The notes: generated from the letters alone by a model not told the origin. A stretch of 32,000 bases of DNA from Nitrososphaerota archaeon (GCA_022564515.1 JADFLH010000003.1:7510-39509); one strand, 5' to 3'. Shown: positions 1-9,468, counted from the stretch's first letter. Numbers and translations are program-made.

Positions 1-755
1 AATTCTGTATCAGAATCTAATAGCGGGTAAAACGTCCCAATAGCATTTGAACCGCCCCCAATACAAGCTATTACAGCATCAGGGACCTGTGTATGAAATT
101 CTTTGATTTGTTTTTTAATTTCATTACCAATCACGGATTGAAAATCTCTAACCATAACAGGATAGGGATGTGGTCCCACGGCGGAACCTAGCAGATAGTA
201 TGTGGTTTCAACATTTGTAATCCAATCTCGAATGGCTTCATTAATAGCGTCTTTTAGGGTTTGCGAACCAGATTTTACGGGATATATTTTTGAACCTAAA
301 AGGTTCATGCGAAACACGTTGAGTTTTTGTCGAATGGTGTCTTTGTAACCCATGTATACCTCAGACTTCATTCCAAGACATGAACACGCCATCGCGGTTG
401 CAACCCCATGTTGGCCTGCTCCAGTTTCAGCAATGATTCTTTTCTTTTTCATTTTTTTTGCAAGCAGAGCTTGGCCCAAAGTATTGTTGATTTTATGAGC
501 TCCACCATGAAGCAAATCTTCTCTCTTTAAGAGGATTTTTGCACCTCCTATCTTTTCTGTCAAGTTTTTTGCAAAATATAGTGGAGTTGGCCTTCCAGCA
601 TATGCTCTAAGGTAATGATCTAACTCTTTTTTGAAATCTTCATCATTTTTGAATTTTAGATAATTTTCCTCGAGCTCTTCAATTGCTGGTATTAATGTTT
701 CAGGAATGTATTTTCCACCAAAATCTCCAAATCTGCCATTTTTTGGTAACTTCAT
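1..755 (-). CDS. trpB: tryptophan synthase beta subunit, C-terminal end runs off the window edge
   Basis: Absent from the ORF track because it is open to the window edge. Hand translation from ATG 755..753 gives [21 protein letters not shown]...[19 protein letters not shown]...[22 protein letters not shown]. The PLP-lysine and GGGSN motifs are typical of TrpB. Its ATG overlaps the trpC TGA (ATGA). Confidence 0.93.
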   Translation of the reverse strand, partial: MKLPKNGRFGDFGGKYIPETLIPAIEELEENYLKFKNDEDFKKELDHYLRAYAGRPTPLYFAKNLTEKIGGAKILLKREDLLHGGAHKINNTLGQALLAKKMKKKRIIAETGAGQHGVATAMACSCLGMKSEVYMGYKDTIRQKLNVFRMNLLGSKIYPVKSGSQTLKDAINEAIRDWITNVETTYYLLGSAVGPHPYPVMVRDFQSVIGNEIKKQIKEFHTQVPDAVIACIGGGSNAIGTFYPLLDSDTE

Positions 756-1525
756 ATCGCATTCACCAATTTTTTTACATTTTCTTCGATGTTTTCGGTT
801 TTCATTATACTGGTACCAACTAGGAAAACATCTGCCCCTGAATCTCTGAGGAATTTTATATCATTGGGTGATGCTATACCGCTTTCTGAAAGAATCAATC
901 TTGATTTTTTATATCCATTCAGCACTTTTTTAGTCGTGTTTAGATCAATTTCTAAAGTATCCAGGTCTCGATTGTTTATACCTATTAAATCAGCTTTTGT
1001 CCTGATGGATTTTTCAAATTCTTCTTTTGTATGTGCCTCTAAAATGATCCTGAGGTCCTTTTTCTGTCCGTAATCTATGAATTCATCAATTTCTTTGAGA
1101 TATCCTAAATCAAAAAGGGATTGGATTAATAGTATGTAATCTGCACCCATTTTTTGAGCTGCATCAATTTGACATTTGTCAATAATAATGTCTTTCATCA
1201 ACATTGGAACACTCATCACTTTTCGAATTGAAATAAAATATTCTGGCGAGCCATTAAACATATGTGGTTGTGTGAGGACTGAAAGAGCTTTTGCCCCTCC
1301 ACTTATCATAGACTTCGCAATGGTTATGGGATCCTTAATGGTACTAATTTCGCCCATTGATGGAGAAGAAAATTTAACTTCAGTAATTAGCGGTGCATGT
1401 TTGCTCTCCTTAATTTCTTTAATTAAATCAATTTTTGATTTTTCTAAATTTTCATTTATTTCATAAATGCCGTCATTTATTGCCCTTTGAGAATTTCCAA
1501 CTAATTTTTTCAAAAAATCTCTCAT
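752..1525 (-). CDS. trpC: indole-3-glycerol-phosphate synthase
   Basis: TIM-barrel IGPS-like sequence ([31 protein letters not shown]). I place the start at the internal ATG 1525..1523 (MRDFLKK...), which forms an ATGA overlap with the trpD stop, rather than at the ORF-track start 1564. Confidence 0.88.
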   Translation of the reverse strand: MRDFLKKLVGNSQRAINDGIYEINENLEKSKIDLIKEIKESKHAPLITEVKFSSPSMGEISTIKDPITIAKSMISGGAKALSVLTQPHMFNGSPEYFISIRKVMSVPMLMKDIIIDKCQIDAAQKMGADYILLIQSLFDLGYLKEIDEFIDYGQKKDLRIILEAHTKEEFEKSIRTKADLIGINNRDLDTLEIDLNTTKKVLNGYKKSRLILSESGIASPNDIKFLRDSGADVFLVGTSIMKTENIEENVKKLVNAI

Positions 1526-2568
1526 TGTTTGCAAACCTCTTCTAATTTTTGGACATCTCCGCAATCTTTGATAAATCTCTCAAACAAATCAAATGTTTGT
1601 CCACTTTTGATAGTGTTAAGTGCAATTTCTACTCCATCTGAAAAATTATCAACTTTGTTTGCCACAATCAAACCGGCTGCAGCATTTAATGCTGTAACCT
1701 CAATCTTTGAACGGTTAGCAGTGTTATTTAAAACTGAAACAAACGAAGAAATTGCCTCTTCTTTACTAGTAATTTTAATATCACTTAATTGGGATTTTTG
1801 TAATCCAAATTCTTGACCATCAATAGTTTGTGATTTGATCTTACCATCTTTCAAAATGCAAATATGATTTTTTGAGGAAGTAGAAAATTCATCCATCCCA
1901 TCTACCGATCTTACTGTGATAATGTTTTGTGATCCTTTTCTTTTCAGTAATAATGGCAATCTATCAAGGAATTCTTCAGAAAAAACTCCGATTAATTGGT
2001 TTTTTACATTTGCAGGATTGCTGAGAGGCCCAAGCAAATTAAATGCAGTTCTTCCACCCACAATTTTTCGTGCCTTTGCAACATTTTTCATGGCAGGATG
2101 AAATTTTTGGGCAAACATGAAACCAATTCTATGTTTTTCAATTATTGATGTAATTTTTTTAGGAGCTGACATTAGATCAAAACCAAAATGCTCAAAGATG
2201 TCAGCGCTGCCACAAACCCCTGAAACAGAACGATTTCCATGCTTTGCAACCACTCCACCAGCAGCCGCTATCACAAAAGAGGCGGCAGTTGAAATGTTAA
2301 AAGTCTCCATATCATCTCCACCAGTTCCACAAACATCAATAATAGTTCCATTAATTTGTGGAGAAATATGAAGTCCAAATTCCTGCATTTTATCTAACAT
2401 TCCTAACAACTCGTCATCCGTCTCGCTTTTTTTTGTAAGTTGTTTCAAAAATTTTGCTGCATTTTCATCACTTTCATTACCATTTAAAATGCTATCCATT
2501 GCTATGCAAACTTCTTCATATGTTAGGTCATTTCTTTGTTCTAGCTTTAATGTAAATTTTGTAATCAT
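1522..2568 (-). CDS. trpD: anthranilate phosphoribosyltransferase
   Basis: 348 aa with DVCGTGGD, KHGNRSVSG and SGSADIFE-type motifs characteristic of TrpD. Lies in the trp cluster. Confidence 0.92.
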   Translation of the reverse strand: MITKFTLKLEQRNDLTYEEVCIAMDSILNGNESDENAAKFLKQLTKKSETDDELLGMLDKMQEFGLHISPQINGTIIDVCGTGGDDMETFNISTAASFVIAAAGGVVAKHGNRSVSGVCGSADIFEHFGFDLMSAPKKITSIIEKHRIGFMFAQKFHPAMKNVAKARKIVGGRTAFNLLGPLSNPANVKNQLIGVFSEEFLDRLPLLLKRKGSQNIITVRSVDGMDEFSTSSKNHICILKDGKIKSQTIDGQEFGLQKSQLSDIKITSKEEAISSFVSVLNNTANRSKIEVTALNAAAGLIVANKVDNFSDGVEIALNTIKSGQTFDLFERFIKDCGDVQKLEEVCKQ

Positions 2569-3158
2569 TTTCTTTTCTTCACCATTTTTATAAAATTACT
2601 GAGAATTTTTTTTCCTTCTGAAGTCAATATTGATTCAGGATGAAATTGAACTCCTTCGATGAGATATTGTTTATGACTAACCCCCATTATCTCACCATCA
2701 TCTTCAGCAATAGCTGTAACTTCAAGGGAATCAGGAATTATTGTTTTGTCTCCAACTAATGAATGGTATCTTGTTGCACGAAATGGACTATTCACATTTT
2801 CAAATAAAGGAGTCCCTTCGTGTTTTACAGGACTTGTCTTTCCATGTCTGACGTTTCTTGCATTAACAACTTTCCCTCCAAATGCATGAATGATTCCCTG
2901 ATGACCTAAACAAACTCCAAGAATTGGTTTTTTTGGCCCTAATTCAGATATTACATCAACACAAATTCCAAAATATTTTTTATCATCTGGAGTTCCAGGT
3001 CCTGGAGAAATGACTATTGCATCATAATTATTTTTTTTAATTTGCTCAATAGTTATCTTGTCATTTCGAATCACATCTGATTTAACACCTAGCTCACCTA
3101 GAATTTGTGCTAGGTTGTAAACAAACGAATCATAATTATCAATAATTAAAAATTTCAT
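2565..3158 (-). CDS. trpG: anthranilate synthase component II (glutamine amidotransferase)
   Basis: 197 aa class-I GATase with LGVCLGHQ (catalytic Cys) and GVQFHPES (His/Glu). ATGA overlaps on both sides. Confidence 0.92.
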   Translation of the reverse strand: MKFLIIDNYDSFVYNLAQILGELGVKSDVIRNDKITIEQIKKNNYDAIVISPGPGTPDDKKYFGICVDVISELGPKKPILGVCLGHQGIIHAFGGKVVNARNVRHGKTSPVKHEGTPLFENVNSPFRATRYHSLVGDKTIIPDSLEVTAIAEDDGEIMGVSHKQYLIEGVQFHPESILTSEGKKILSNFIKMVKKRK

Positions 3159-4507
3159 TTTGATGCCTTCTTTAGAGCTGCTATCATTGCTTCTGCTTTG
3201 TGTTCAGTTTCTTTGAATTCATATTCAGGAACAGAATCTGATACAATTCCAGCACCAGATTGTACAAAACCATTTCCTCCCTTAAAAAATATGCTTCTGA
3301 TCGCGATGGCAAAATCACAGCAGCCATTAAAAGAGAAATAACCAACAGCACCTGCATATGGTCCCCGTGATTGTGGCTCTAATTCATCAATAATTTCCAT
3401 GGCCCTTATTTTAGGCGCTCCTGAAACTGTGCCTGCTGGAAAAACCGCTTTGAATGCATCAAACATATCATATTTGTCATCTAAATTGCCTACAACATGA
3501 GTTACCAAATGTTGTACATGACTGAATTGCTTTACTTCCATGAGTTCTTCAACATGTACGGAACCATATTTACAAACTCTTCCAATATCGTTTCTTCCTA
3601 AATCAACTAACATAGTATGTTCAGCAAGTTCTTTTTCATCATGAAGAAGTTCTTCTTTTAATCTTTCATTTTCTGCCTTGTCCTCTGTAATTTTTCTTGT
3701 TCCCGCAATTGGAAACGTTTCAACTAAATCATTTGTGACTCTAATTAACATTTCAGGACTCGCTCCAATAGTGATTTTATTTTCCATTTTTACATGATAC
3801 AAATACGGTGATGGATTTAGACTTCGTAAAATTTTATACACTTTAAGAAAATCTCCCTTTGCATTAAAGTTGAATCTTCTTGAAAGTACTGACTGGAACA
3901 TATCTCCATCATGAATGTATTTTTTAGCTCGGTTAACCATGTTTGAAAACTCTTCTTGATCTAGATTTGCAGAAATCTCTGACATTTCAAAATCAGCAAA
4001 TTTATCTTCTGAAATTTTTAATTCATTTGATCTATCTTTGTCATAATAGAAGTAAAGTAACTGTTTTTGTTTGTTGTCGTATAAAATACCATCTTTATAA
4101 ATTCCAAACTCCATTAATGGTTCAATTATGTTGTGAGAACTTGGAATTTCTTCCCACAATCTTATAGCATCATAATTAATGATGCCAACAGCTCCTCCTA
4201 AATAACGATAAGTTTGATCCGATGAAGTCTGCATAAAATCTTTTAAAGCAGACAAGGGTTCATTCGTCTTAATAATTTCAGTATTGTTATTTTTATGTTT
4301 TACAGCGATTTTGTCAGTGTACCCCTTTACAATAATTTCTGGGTCAAATCCCATAATTGAAGTCTCAGATAATCTTTCTGGGCCGGTGAGTGATTCAAAC
4401 AAAAATGAATGTGAATAATTTCGCGAAATTTTGTTATAAATTTGGAACTGGTTTTCAGATAAATCTAGGGGTATTATTGTAGGCGATATTTTTCCAAATA
4501 GGGTCAC
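3155..4507 (-). CDS. trpE: anthranilate synthase component I
   Basis: 450 aa chorismate-binding enzyme (LFESL, GASPE, FPAGTVSGAPKIRAMEII, RGPYAGAVGYF). The start is GTG at 4507..4505. Confidence 0.92.
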   Translation of the reverse strand: MTLFGKISPTIIPLDLSENQFQIYNKISRNYSHSFLFESLTGPERLSETSIMGFDPEIIVKGYTDKIAVKHKNNNTEIIKTNEPLSALKDFMQTSSDQTYRYLGGAVGIINYDAIRLWEEIPSSHNIIEPLMEFGIYKDGILYDNKQKQLLYFYYDKDRSNELKISEDKFADFEMSEISANLDQEEFSNMVNRAKKYIHDGDMFQSVLSRRFNFNAKGDFLKVYKILRSLNPSPYLYHVKMENKITIGASPEMLIRVTNDLVETFPIAGTRKITEDKAENERLKEELLHDEKELAEHTMLVDLGRNDIGRVCKYGSVHVEELMEVKQFSHVQHLVTHVVGNLDDKYDMFDAFKAVFPAGTVSGAPKIRAMEIIDELEPQSRGPYAGAVGYFSFNGCCDFAIAIRSIFFKGGNGFVQSGAGIVSDSVPEYEFKETEHKAEAMIAALKKASK

Positions 4508-4533
4508 CCATATTGGGCATGAAATGCATAGGG

Positions 4534-4541
4534 TATTTAAA
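4534..4541 (-). promoter_or_regulatory. candidate TATA box of the trp operon
   Basis: The minus strand reads TTTAAATA. Its 3' edge lies 26 nt upstream of the trpE GTG, which is the geometry of a (near) leaderless archaeal transcript. Confidence 0.45.
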
Positions 4542-4696
4542 ATTTTGATAAATTATGTTACCTGTTGTGACAGACTGATCTTTAAGTCCTCCACAGGTAT
4601 TACTATAAAGTAATAGAACCGGGGATGCCTTAAGCCCAATTGCCCCAATTTTTGGTACCTCGGTTTCTATTTTTTATTACGGTATAGTACGGTACC

Positions 4697-4703
4697 TTTA
4701 TAT
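4697..4703 (+). promoter_or_regulatory. candidate TATA box for the 4726 ORF
   Basis: TTTATAT ends 22 nt before ATG 4726. Confidence 0.4.
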
Positions 4704-4725
4704 CCGATCTTGTACTATTTTTATT

Positions 4726-4932
4726 ATGAGCCAAATTATTCTAGACGCCAAATTTACAAGACCCGCCTTGGTTCAAGACATCATATTTTCAAGAAAAAAA
4801 CTGGCTCTGATTTCGTCTGCAAACTTTGTTGAATGTGATATTTGTGGCAAAGGAATAGAGAATGGTTTTTCTATAACTGCTAAATCAATTTCAAACGAAA
4901 CTGTCTTTTTTTGTGATTTTCATTATAATTAG
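4726..4932 (+). CDS. small hypothetical protein with a CxxC...CxxH motif
   Basis: 68-aa ORF with an ATG start and a suitably placed TATA. Contains CDICGKG...FFCDFHYN, a possible zinc knuckle or ribbon. I recognise no family. Confidence 0.45.
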   Translation: MSQIILDAKFTRPALVQDIIFSRKKLALISSANFVECDICGKGIENGFSITAKSISNETVFFCDFHYN

Positions 4933-4959
4933 TAAGAAATCTTTAAAATTACTATGGCT

Positions 4960-6633
4960 TCAGATCGGTTTTGTAATAGCTCCTTGCGCCGCTGATCCTA
5001 CAAGTGATGCATATTTTGCTAATACTCCTGATGTGTAATTCGGTTTTGGCTGTTTCCACCTATCTCGCCTTTGTCTCATCTCATCTTCTGACACATTGAG
5101 ATTAATGGAATTCTCTCCAATGTTGATAGATATTTCGTCACCATCCTTTACAAGAGCTATGTTTCCTCCTACAAATGCTTCGGGAGCAACATGGCCAATC
5201 ATAAGACCTTTAGTTGCACCTGAAAATCTTCCATCAGTTACCAAAGATACTTTATTACCAAGTCCCTGTCCCACTAACGCAGCTGTGACAGCTAACATTT
5301 CTCGCATTCCAGGACCGCCTTTTGGGCCTTCATATCGTATAACAACTACATCACCATCTTTAATTTCCTCATTTGCGACAGAATCAAATGCATCTTCCTC
5401 TCTATCAAATACTTTAGCATGTCCAACGAATCTTGTTTTCTCACCTCCTGCAATCTTTACTACTGCTCCATCTGGCGCAAGAGACCCCTTCAAAATCATT
5501 GCAGTTCCGGTACTGTGAATAGGGGCATCAATTGGTGTCACAACATTTTGATTTTCTACTGTTTGAATTGAAATTGAATCAAGATTTTCTTTGAGTGTTT
5601 TTCCAGTAACTGTCAGAACATTATCATGGAGCAAGTTTTTTTCAGTCAATTTCTTTAAGATTAAAGGAATGCCGCCAATTTTATCTAAATCAAGCATTAC
5701 GTGCCTTCCTCCAGGTTTCATATCTGCCAGATGGGGTGTCTTCTTCCTAATTCGTTCAAAATCATTATAGGACAATTTTATGTCTACTTCATTTGAGATT
5801 GCAAGCAAGTGTAAAATCGCATTTGTGGAGCCTCCAATTGCATTAAGAATTGTTATTGCATTTTCAAACGCATCAAATGTTAGAATGTCCCTTGGTCTGA
5901 TGTTTTGTTCAACTAAATTTGTTACAGCCCTTCCTGTATCATAACACATCTTTTCTCTTCTATCGTCTTCAGCTGGTGGACTTGCGCTTCCTGGCAATGC
6001 TAGTCCTAATGCTTCACTGATTGAAGCCATAGTGTTTGCAGTAAACATTCCTCCACAAGAGCCAGCGTTTGGACATGCATAATTTTCAATATTCTTCAAA
6101 GTTTCAAGTGTTAGTTGCCCAGCTTCATATGCTCCAACTGCCTCATAAACATCTTGAACAGTAATTTGTTTTCCTTCGTAAATTCCTGGCATTATTGTTC
6201 CGCCATAAACAAAAACTGATGGAAGATTCAATCTTGCAATGGCCATCATTGTGCCCGGCAAACTTTTGTCACAACCAGCTATGCAAATTAAACCGTCATA
6301 TTGATGAGCACGCATCATTAGTTCAATGGAATCCGCAATCACTTCTCTACTAATTAGAGATGATTTCATTCCCTCATGACCCATTGCAATTCCATCACTA
6401 ACTGCAATGGTACTAAATACGCGAGGTGTTGCCCCTCCATCACCCGCTCCTTCTTTTGCCTTTTGTGCTAAACGCCCTAGGTGGATGTTACAAGGAGTTG
6501 CCTCATTTCCGGTATGGCATACTCCAATGAATGGTTTACTTAGATCAGCATCAGTTAACCCCATAGCTTTGTACATTGCTCTGTGGGGAGCTCTTGCTAT
6601 TCCTTCAACTACATTTCTACTAGAAATTTCCAT
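4960..6633 (-). CDS. ilvD: dihydroxy-acid dehydratase
   Basis: 557 aa IlvD/Edd family protein ([30 protein letters not shown]). Confidence 0.95.
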   Translation of the reverse strand: MEISSRNVVEGIARAPHRAMYKAMGLTDADLSKPFIGVCHTGNEATPCNIHLGRLAQKAKEGAGDGGATPRVFSTIAVSDGIAMGHEGMKSSLISREVIADSIELMMRAHQYDGLICIAGCDKSLPGTMMAIARLNLPSVFVYGGTIMPGIYEGKQITVQDVYEAVGAYEAGQLTLETLKNIENYACPNAGSCGGMFTANTMASISEALGLALPGSASPPAEDDRREKMCYDTGRAVTNLVEQNIRPRDILTFDAFENAITILNAIGGSTNAILHLLAISNEVDIKLSYNDFERIRKKTPHLADMKPGGRHVMLDLDKIGGIPLILKKLTEKNLLHDNVLTVTGKTLKENLDSISIQTVENQNVVTPIDAPIHSTGTAMILKGSLAPDGAVVKIAGGEKTRFVGHAKVFDREEDAFDSVANEEIKDGDVVVIRYEGPKGGPGMREMLAVTAALVGQGLGNKVSLVTDGRFSGATKGLMIGHVAPEAFVGGNIALVKDGDEISINIGENSINLNVSEDEMRQRRDRWKQPKPNYTSGVLAKYASLVGSAAQGAITKPI

Positions 6634-6677
6634 AGAGAAACAATAATCAATTATGTTTGCTGTAATTTAGACTTTTT

Positions 6678-7274
6678 TTACTTTAAAATTATCTGGCTGT
6701 CTAATTCTTCTAACTGCTCATCTAATTGTTCTAGTGTCTCGTCACCATAGGAAATCAATATTTTATCACCTTCATTTCCTACATAGTTAAGAATGCTTGG
6801 AACTGGCTCATGATTAATGTAGAACTTTAGTGAATAATCTTCGTTGTTACAGAATTCTCTGCCATCAGGAAAAATAAAACATTCAGATGTTAAATCAATT
6901 CCAAGAGTCTCGAAAAGATATCCTGATGTTACACCTGAAGAGTGACGATGAACCGTATCTCCATCTCGTCCTTCAAAATGAATCCATCTATTTTTTATTT
7001 GGAAAGCTGGACCAGAAAAGTCAAACTTGTCTCCAAATATTCGAACTAGAACTGAGACATGTTCATGTTCATCACCAAATACTCCAGCACCAGGGGGTGT
7101 GCCCGGGGTTGACACTGGTTGACTCATGAATGTATAAACAGAGTAACCTACTATAACCGCAATCAGCCCAAATACACCTGCTGCAACTAAGGCGTTTTTT
7201 CTCTTTTCTCTGGATCTCTTTACAGCAAAATCCTCTCGTTTTTCTACCCTTTCTTTTCTTGCTTTCTTTCCCAT
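6678..7274 (-). CDS. membrane-anchored hypothetical protein
   Basis: 198 aa with a Lys/Arg-rich N-terminus, one TM helix (ALVAAGVFGLIAVIVGYSVYTF), a His-rich ectodomain (DEHEHVSV, HFEGRDGDTVHRH) and an acidic C-terminus. No named family recognised. Confidence 0.7.
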   Translation of the reverse strand: MGKKARKERVEKREDFAVKRSREKRKNALVAAGVFGLIAVIVGYSVYTFMSQPVSTPGTPPGAGVFGDEHEHVSVLVRIFGDKFDFSGPAFQIKNRWIHFEGRDGDTVHRHSSGVTSGYLFETLGIDLTSECFIFPDGREFCNNEDYSLKFYINHEPVPSILNYVGNEGDKILISYGDETLEQLDEQLEELDSQIILK

Positions 7275-7397
7275 GTGATACTAAATCTCAAAAAAAAACC
7301 CTAATTAATTGTAAGGTACCTAAACAAGTCATACCTGCACCAGTTCCTGCACCTGAATGGTGGGACACCTCAGAAGAAGACGAAGGTGATTTTTGAG

Positions 7398-7568
7398 ATG
7401 ATTGATGATTACATAGATGATCCACATGATGCAGATGATGTTTGTATAATTTGTAACAAGCAGTTATCACTCCATGACGAAATTCAATCTCAACGATGTT
7501 ATGATAATTTAGTTAATTTAAGAATTGTAAAAAGGGGTTTAAGGAGGACTAGTAGTTTTGTTAGCTAG
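7398..7568 (+). CDS. small acidic CxxC ORF, doubtful
   Basis: MIDDYIDDPHDADDVCIICNKQL...; the ORF-track version starts at GTG 7386. Only the open frame and one CxxC support it. Confidence 0.2.
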   Translation: MIDDYIDDPHDADDVCIICNKQLSLHDEIQSQRCYDNLVNLRIVKRGLRRTSSFVS

Positions 7569-7794
7569 ACCCTACCATCGCTGATTTCGAGGAGGAATTT
7601 GAAGATTAAAGGGTAAACTTCAGGATCACCACTGCTTAGGAATGAGACCCTGAAGAACTCTGGGATGAGTTTGTATTGTATTTTCATTTTAAGGTAAAAA
7701 AACTTTGTAATAGGCACGTTTTTCGTGAAAAATGGGCTCAGGGGACTCTTAATCACTTCATAGTTTGCGCTAACTGTGATCATAGGGTTAGGAT

Positions 7795-8904
7795 TTGGTT
7801 TTGAGTCAATTAGTTCAATATACCTTAGAGGGCAAACCGTTTGAACCCTTAGAAATCAAACCGTATAGATGGATAACAATTCAAGAACAAAATGACTTTG
7901 TTAATTTCATTGATTCTTTAGGAGGTTTAGCAAAACAGATCACAACTGAAGAAAAATTATCCTGGTGTGCTAGCGAATTTGAGAAGTATCGCTGTAAGAA
8001 CGATCCTAATCATGCAAGAAGAATAAAGTATTTAGCTTGTGGTAGGCGTGGAAAGTGTCCTAGATGTTCTATGAGTTATGCTAGTAAAAGAGCTGAAATA
8101 ATGTATCAATGGTTAAGAAAGAATATAGCTAAACATCTTCCTTTTGATTTGAAATTAAACCAGATTGTTTTGACCTTGCCAGAACCGCTTCATGATATGG
8201 ATGTGAAATTATTTTCAAAAATGGTTAGGAAGTTTATGACTGAATTTGGCATAGAGGCTTATGGTTATTGTAATCAAACAAGACATTCAAAAAATCCGTT
8301 GGATGGGAAGTATTTGCACACTCACATTTTATCATTGAATATAAAAAAAGAATCTAATGGAATAGTTCAGAATGCTTACTATTTTGATGTTGAAAGGATG
8401 AGAAAGGTTTGGAAGAATATTATAATAAAAAATACAGGATTTGAGGTTGAAGGTGAAGTTGATTTACATACTGAATATGTCAGTGTGATTCATGACCCAC
8501 GAAGAGTAAAACATCTTTTATCATATCTTTACAGATATCCAATAGAAGATTTATTCAAAGTCCAAATTCGTAACAAGTCTATTAATTATGTTCAATTTTC
8601 GCAAATCGAAAATTTTGATGGGGCTAATAATACACTGCAACTCGACCTATCAAAAAAAGTGTATGAGTTAACACAAGAAAAAAAATCAAGAATAGTTTGG
8701 TGTGGTTTGCTTACTTCAGCTAGGCGTAAGGAGTTAGTGAGGTTACTAAAAATAGATGAAAGTGAGTGGACTAGTCTCGCTGACGTGGAAAAAGACCTAG
8801 ACCTGAGGGCAAAGTGTTGCCTTGATTGTGGCTGTCCGCTTGAAGATCAGCCATATGATAGAGGAAGTTATCAAGCTGATAATGAGCCAGAATTATTTCA
8901 ATAA
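7795..8904 (+). CDS. Y2 HUH-superfamily rolling-circle transposase/replication initiator, IS91-family-like
   Basis: Ordered motifs: Cys cluster YLACGRRGKCPRCS; motif I QIVLTLPEP; HUH GKYLHTHILSL; Y-x3-Y in LLSYLYRYPIED; SRIVWCGLLTSARRKE; C-terminal CCLDCGCP. This pattern matches my memory of IS91 TnpA (zinc-binding N-domain plus Y2 transposase domain). The start is TTG with a TAG one codon upstream (7789..7791), so the N-terminus may be truncated. Confidence 0.75.
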   Translation: MVLSQLVQYTLEGKPFEPLEIKPYRWITIQEQNDFVNFIDSLGGLAKQITTEEKLSWCASEFEKYRCKNDPNHARRIKYLACGRRGKCPRCSMSYASKRAEIMYQWLRKNIAKHLPFDLKLNQIVLTLPEPLHDMDVKLFSKMVRKFMTEFGIEAYGYCNQTRHSKNPLDGKYLHTHILSLNIKKESNGIVQNAYYFDVERMRKVWKNIIIKNTGFEVEGEVDLHTEYVSVIHDPRRVKHLLSYLYRYPIEDLFKVQIRNKSINYVQFSQIENFDGANNTLQLDLSKKVYELTQEKKSRIVWCGLLTSARRKELVRLLKIDESEWTSLADVEKDLDLRAKCCLDCGCPLEDQPYDRGSYQADNEPELFQ

Positions 8905-8926
8905 ACAAAATCCTTAATTTTCTGTT

Positions 8927-9235
8927 ATGTTGATCGTTTACATGGTTTTACCTGAAGATTTTAGAAAGAAGTTTAGACATTTTATTGAAGATGAAATTGC
9001 TAGTATAGAACGACATGATTTTGAGGTTGAACGGCATAAGTCTATGTGGAAATATCAAAATGCTTGGGATTTTATGTATGGTCAAGAAGTTGGTTTTTTG
9101 TATGGTTCACTTATGGGTTATTGGGAAGGAAAGAAAGGAAGGAGCCCGACAGATGAAGAAATTGTTGAGATGAATGAACTTGTGGAAGAACACGCTTCAC
9201 AGTTAAGGGAAACACTTGAAAAGTATTGGGATTAG
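8927..9235 (+). CDS. hypothetical protein co-oriented with the Rep gene
   Basis: 102-aa ORF 22 nt downstream of the Rep stop, rich in Trp/Tyr/Glu. No family recognised. Confidence 0.5.
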   Translation: MLIVYMVLPEDFRKKFRHFIEDEIASIERHDFEVERHKSMWKYQNAWDFMYGQEVGFLYGSLMGYWEGKKGRSPTDEEIVEMNELVEEHASQLRETLEKYWD

Positions 9236-9248
9236 CCAAGTCTCAAAA

Positions 9249-9344
9249 ATGCTTCCGAAGTGAGCGAGCCTCCTCAATTAGAAGGAGGCAAGTGAACGAG
9301 GAAGCATGAATGATGCTTCCGAAAGAGCAGACCTCCTGATTTGA
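9249..9344 (+). repeat. two ~32-nt direct repeats; the first lies in a nested cruciform-capable inverted repeat
   Basis: DR1 9249..9280 is ATGCTTCCGAAGTGAGCGAGCCTCCTCAATTA; DR2 9313..9344 is ATGCTTCCGAAAGAGCAGACCTCCTGATTTGA. ATGCTTCC (9249-56) pairs with GGAAGCAT (9300-07). An inner stem pairs GCCTCCT (9268-74) with AGGAGGC (9283-89). Confidence 0.85.
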
Positions 9345-9365
9345 ATTATTTAATAGAAAAATTAA

Positions 9366-9400
9366 CATTTGTTACGAACTGTTAATTGACAGTTCGGTAA
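9366..9400 (+). repeat. hairpin whose 5' arm is a reverse copy of dispersed motif M1
   Basis: CATTTGTTACGAACTG (9366-81) is the reverse complement of CAGTTCGTAACAAATG. CGAACTGT (9375-82) pairs with ACAGTTCG (9389-96) across a 6-nt loop. Confidence 0.85.
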
Positions 9401-9468
9401 TTCTGTTGTTCAATCGACATTTTCGTTAGATTCTAAACTAAGAAATTCTCAGGATTAGGAGCAAATAT

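Larger units (their letters stand above)
7594..9457 (+). mobile_element. putative IS91/ISCR-like rolling-circle element (Rep/transposase + accessory ORF + ori-like hairpins); ends uncertain
   Basis: A Y2 HUH gene, then a 102-aa ORF, then a direct-repeat/cruciform block and a hairpin carrying motif M1. Degenerate M2-like sequences at 7594..7610 and 9441..9457 are used as provisional limits. Confidence 0.45.

Noticed and set aside
4560-4700. Possible tRNA or sRNA in the trpE upstream region (short stems, GGGG...CCCC, two GGTACC sites)
   Set aside because: There is no T-loop or anticodon-arm architecture and no C/D boxes. The stems are short and explainable by chance or by divergent promoter elements.
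789-7129. Plus-strand ORFs antisense to trpC/D/E, ilvD and the 198-aa gene (789-1073, 1176-1466, 1529-1816, 1916-2101, 2117-2371, 3943-4167, 5096-5518, 6407-6646, 6887-7129)
   Set aside because: Each lies wholly inside a confidently identified conserved gene on the other strand. Their translations are low-complexity with no motifs. They are typical shadow ORFs.
7288-7783. Minus-strand ORFs 7288..7470 and 7565..7783
   Set aside because: They have no recognisable motifs, odd composition (His/Ser/Gly runs) and no plausible promoter geometry. The region is better explained as decayed or non-coding sequence flanking the Rep gene.
9249-9344. The direct repeats as a CRISPR array
   Set aside because: There are only two imperfect copies, the intervening sequence is part of the same palindrome, and there are no cas genes or further repeat-spacer units.
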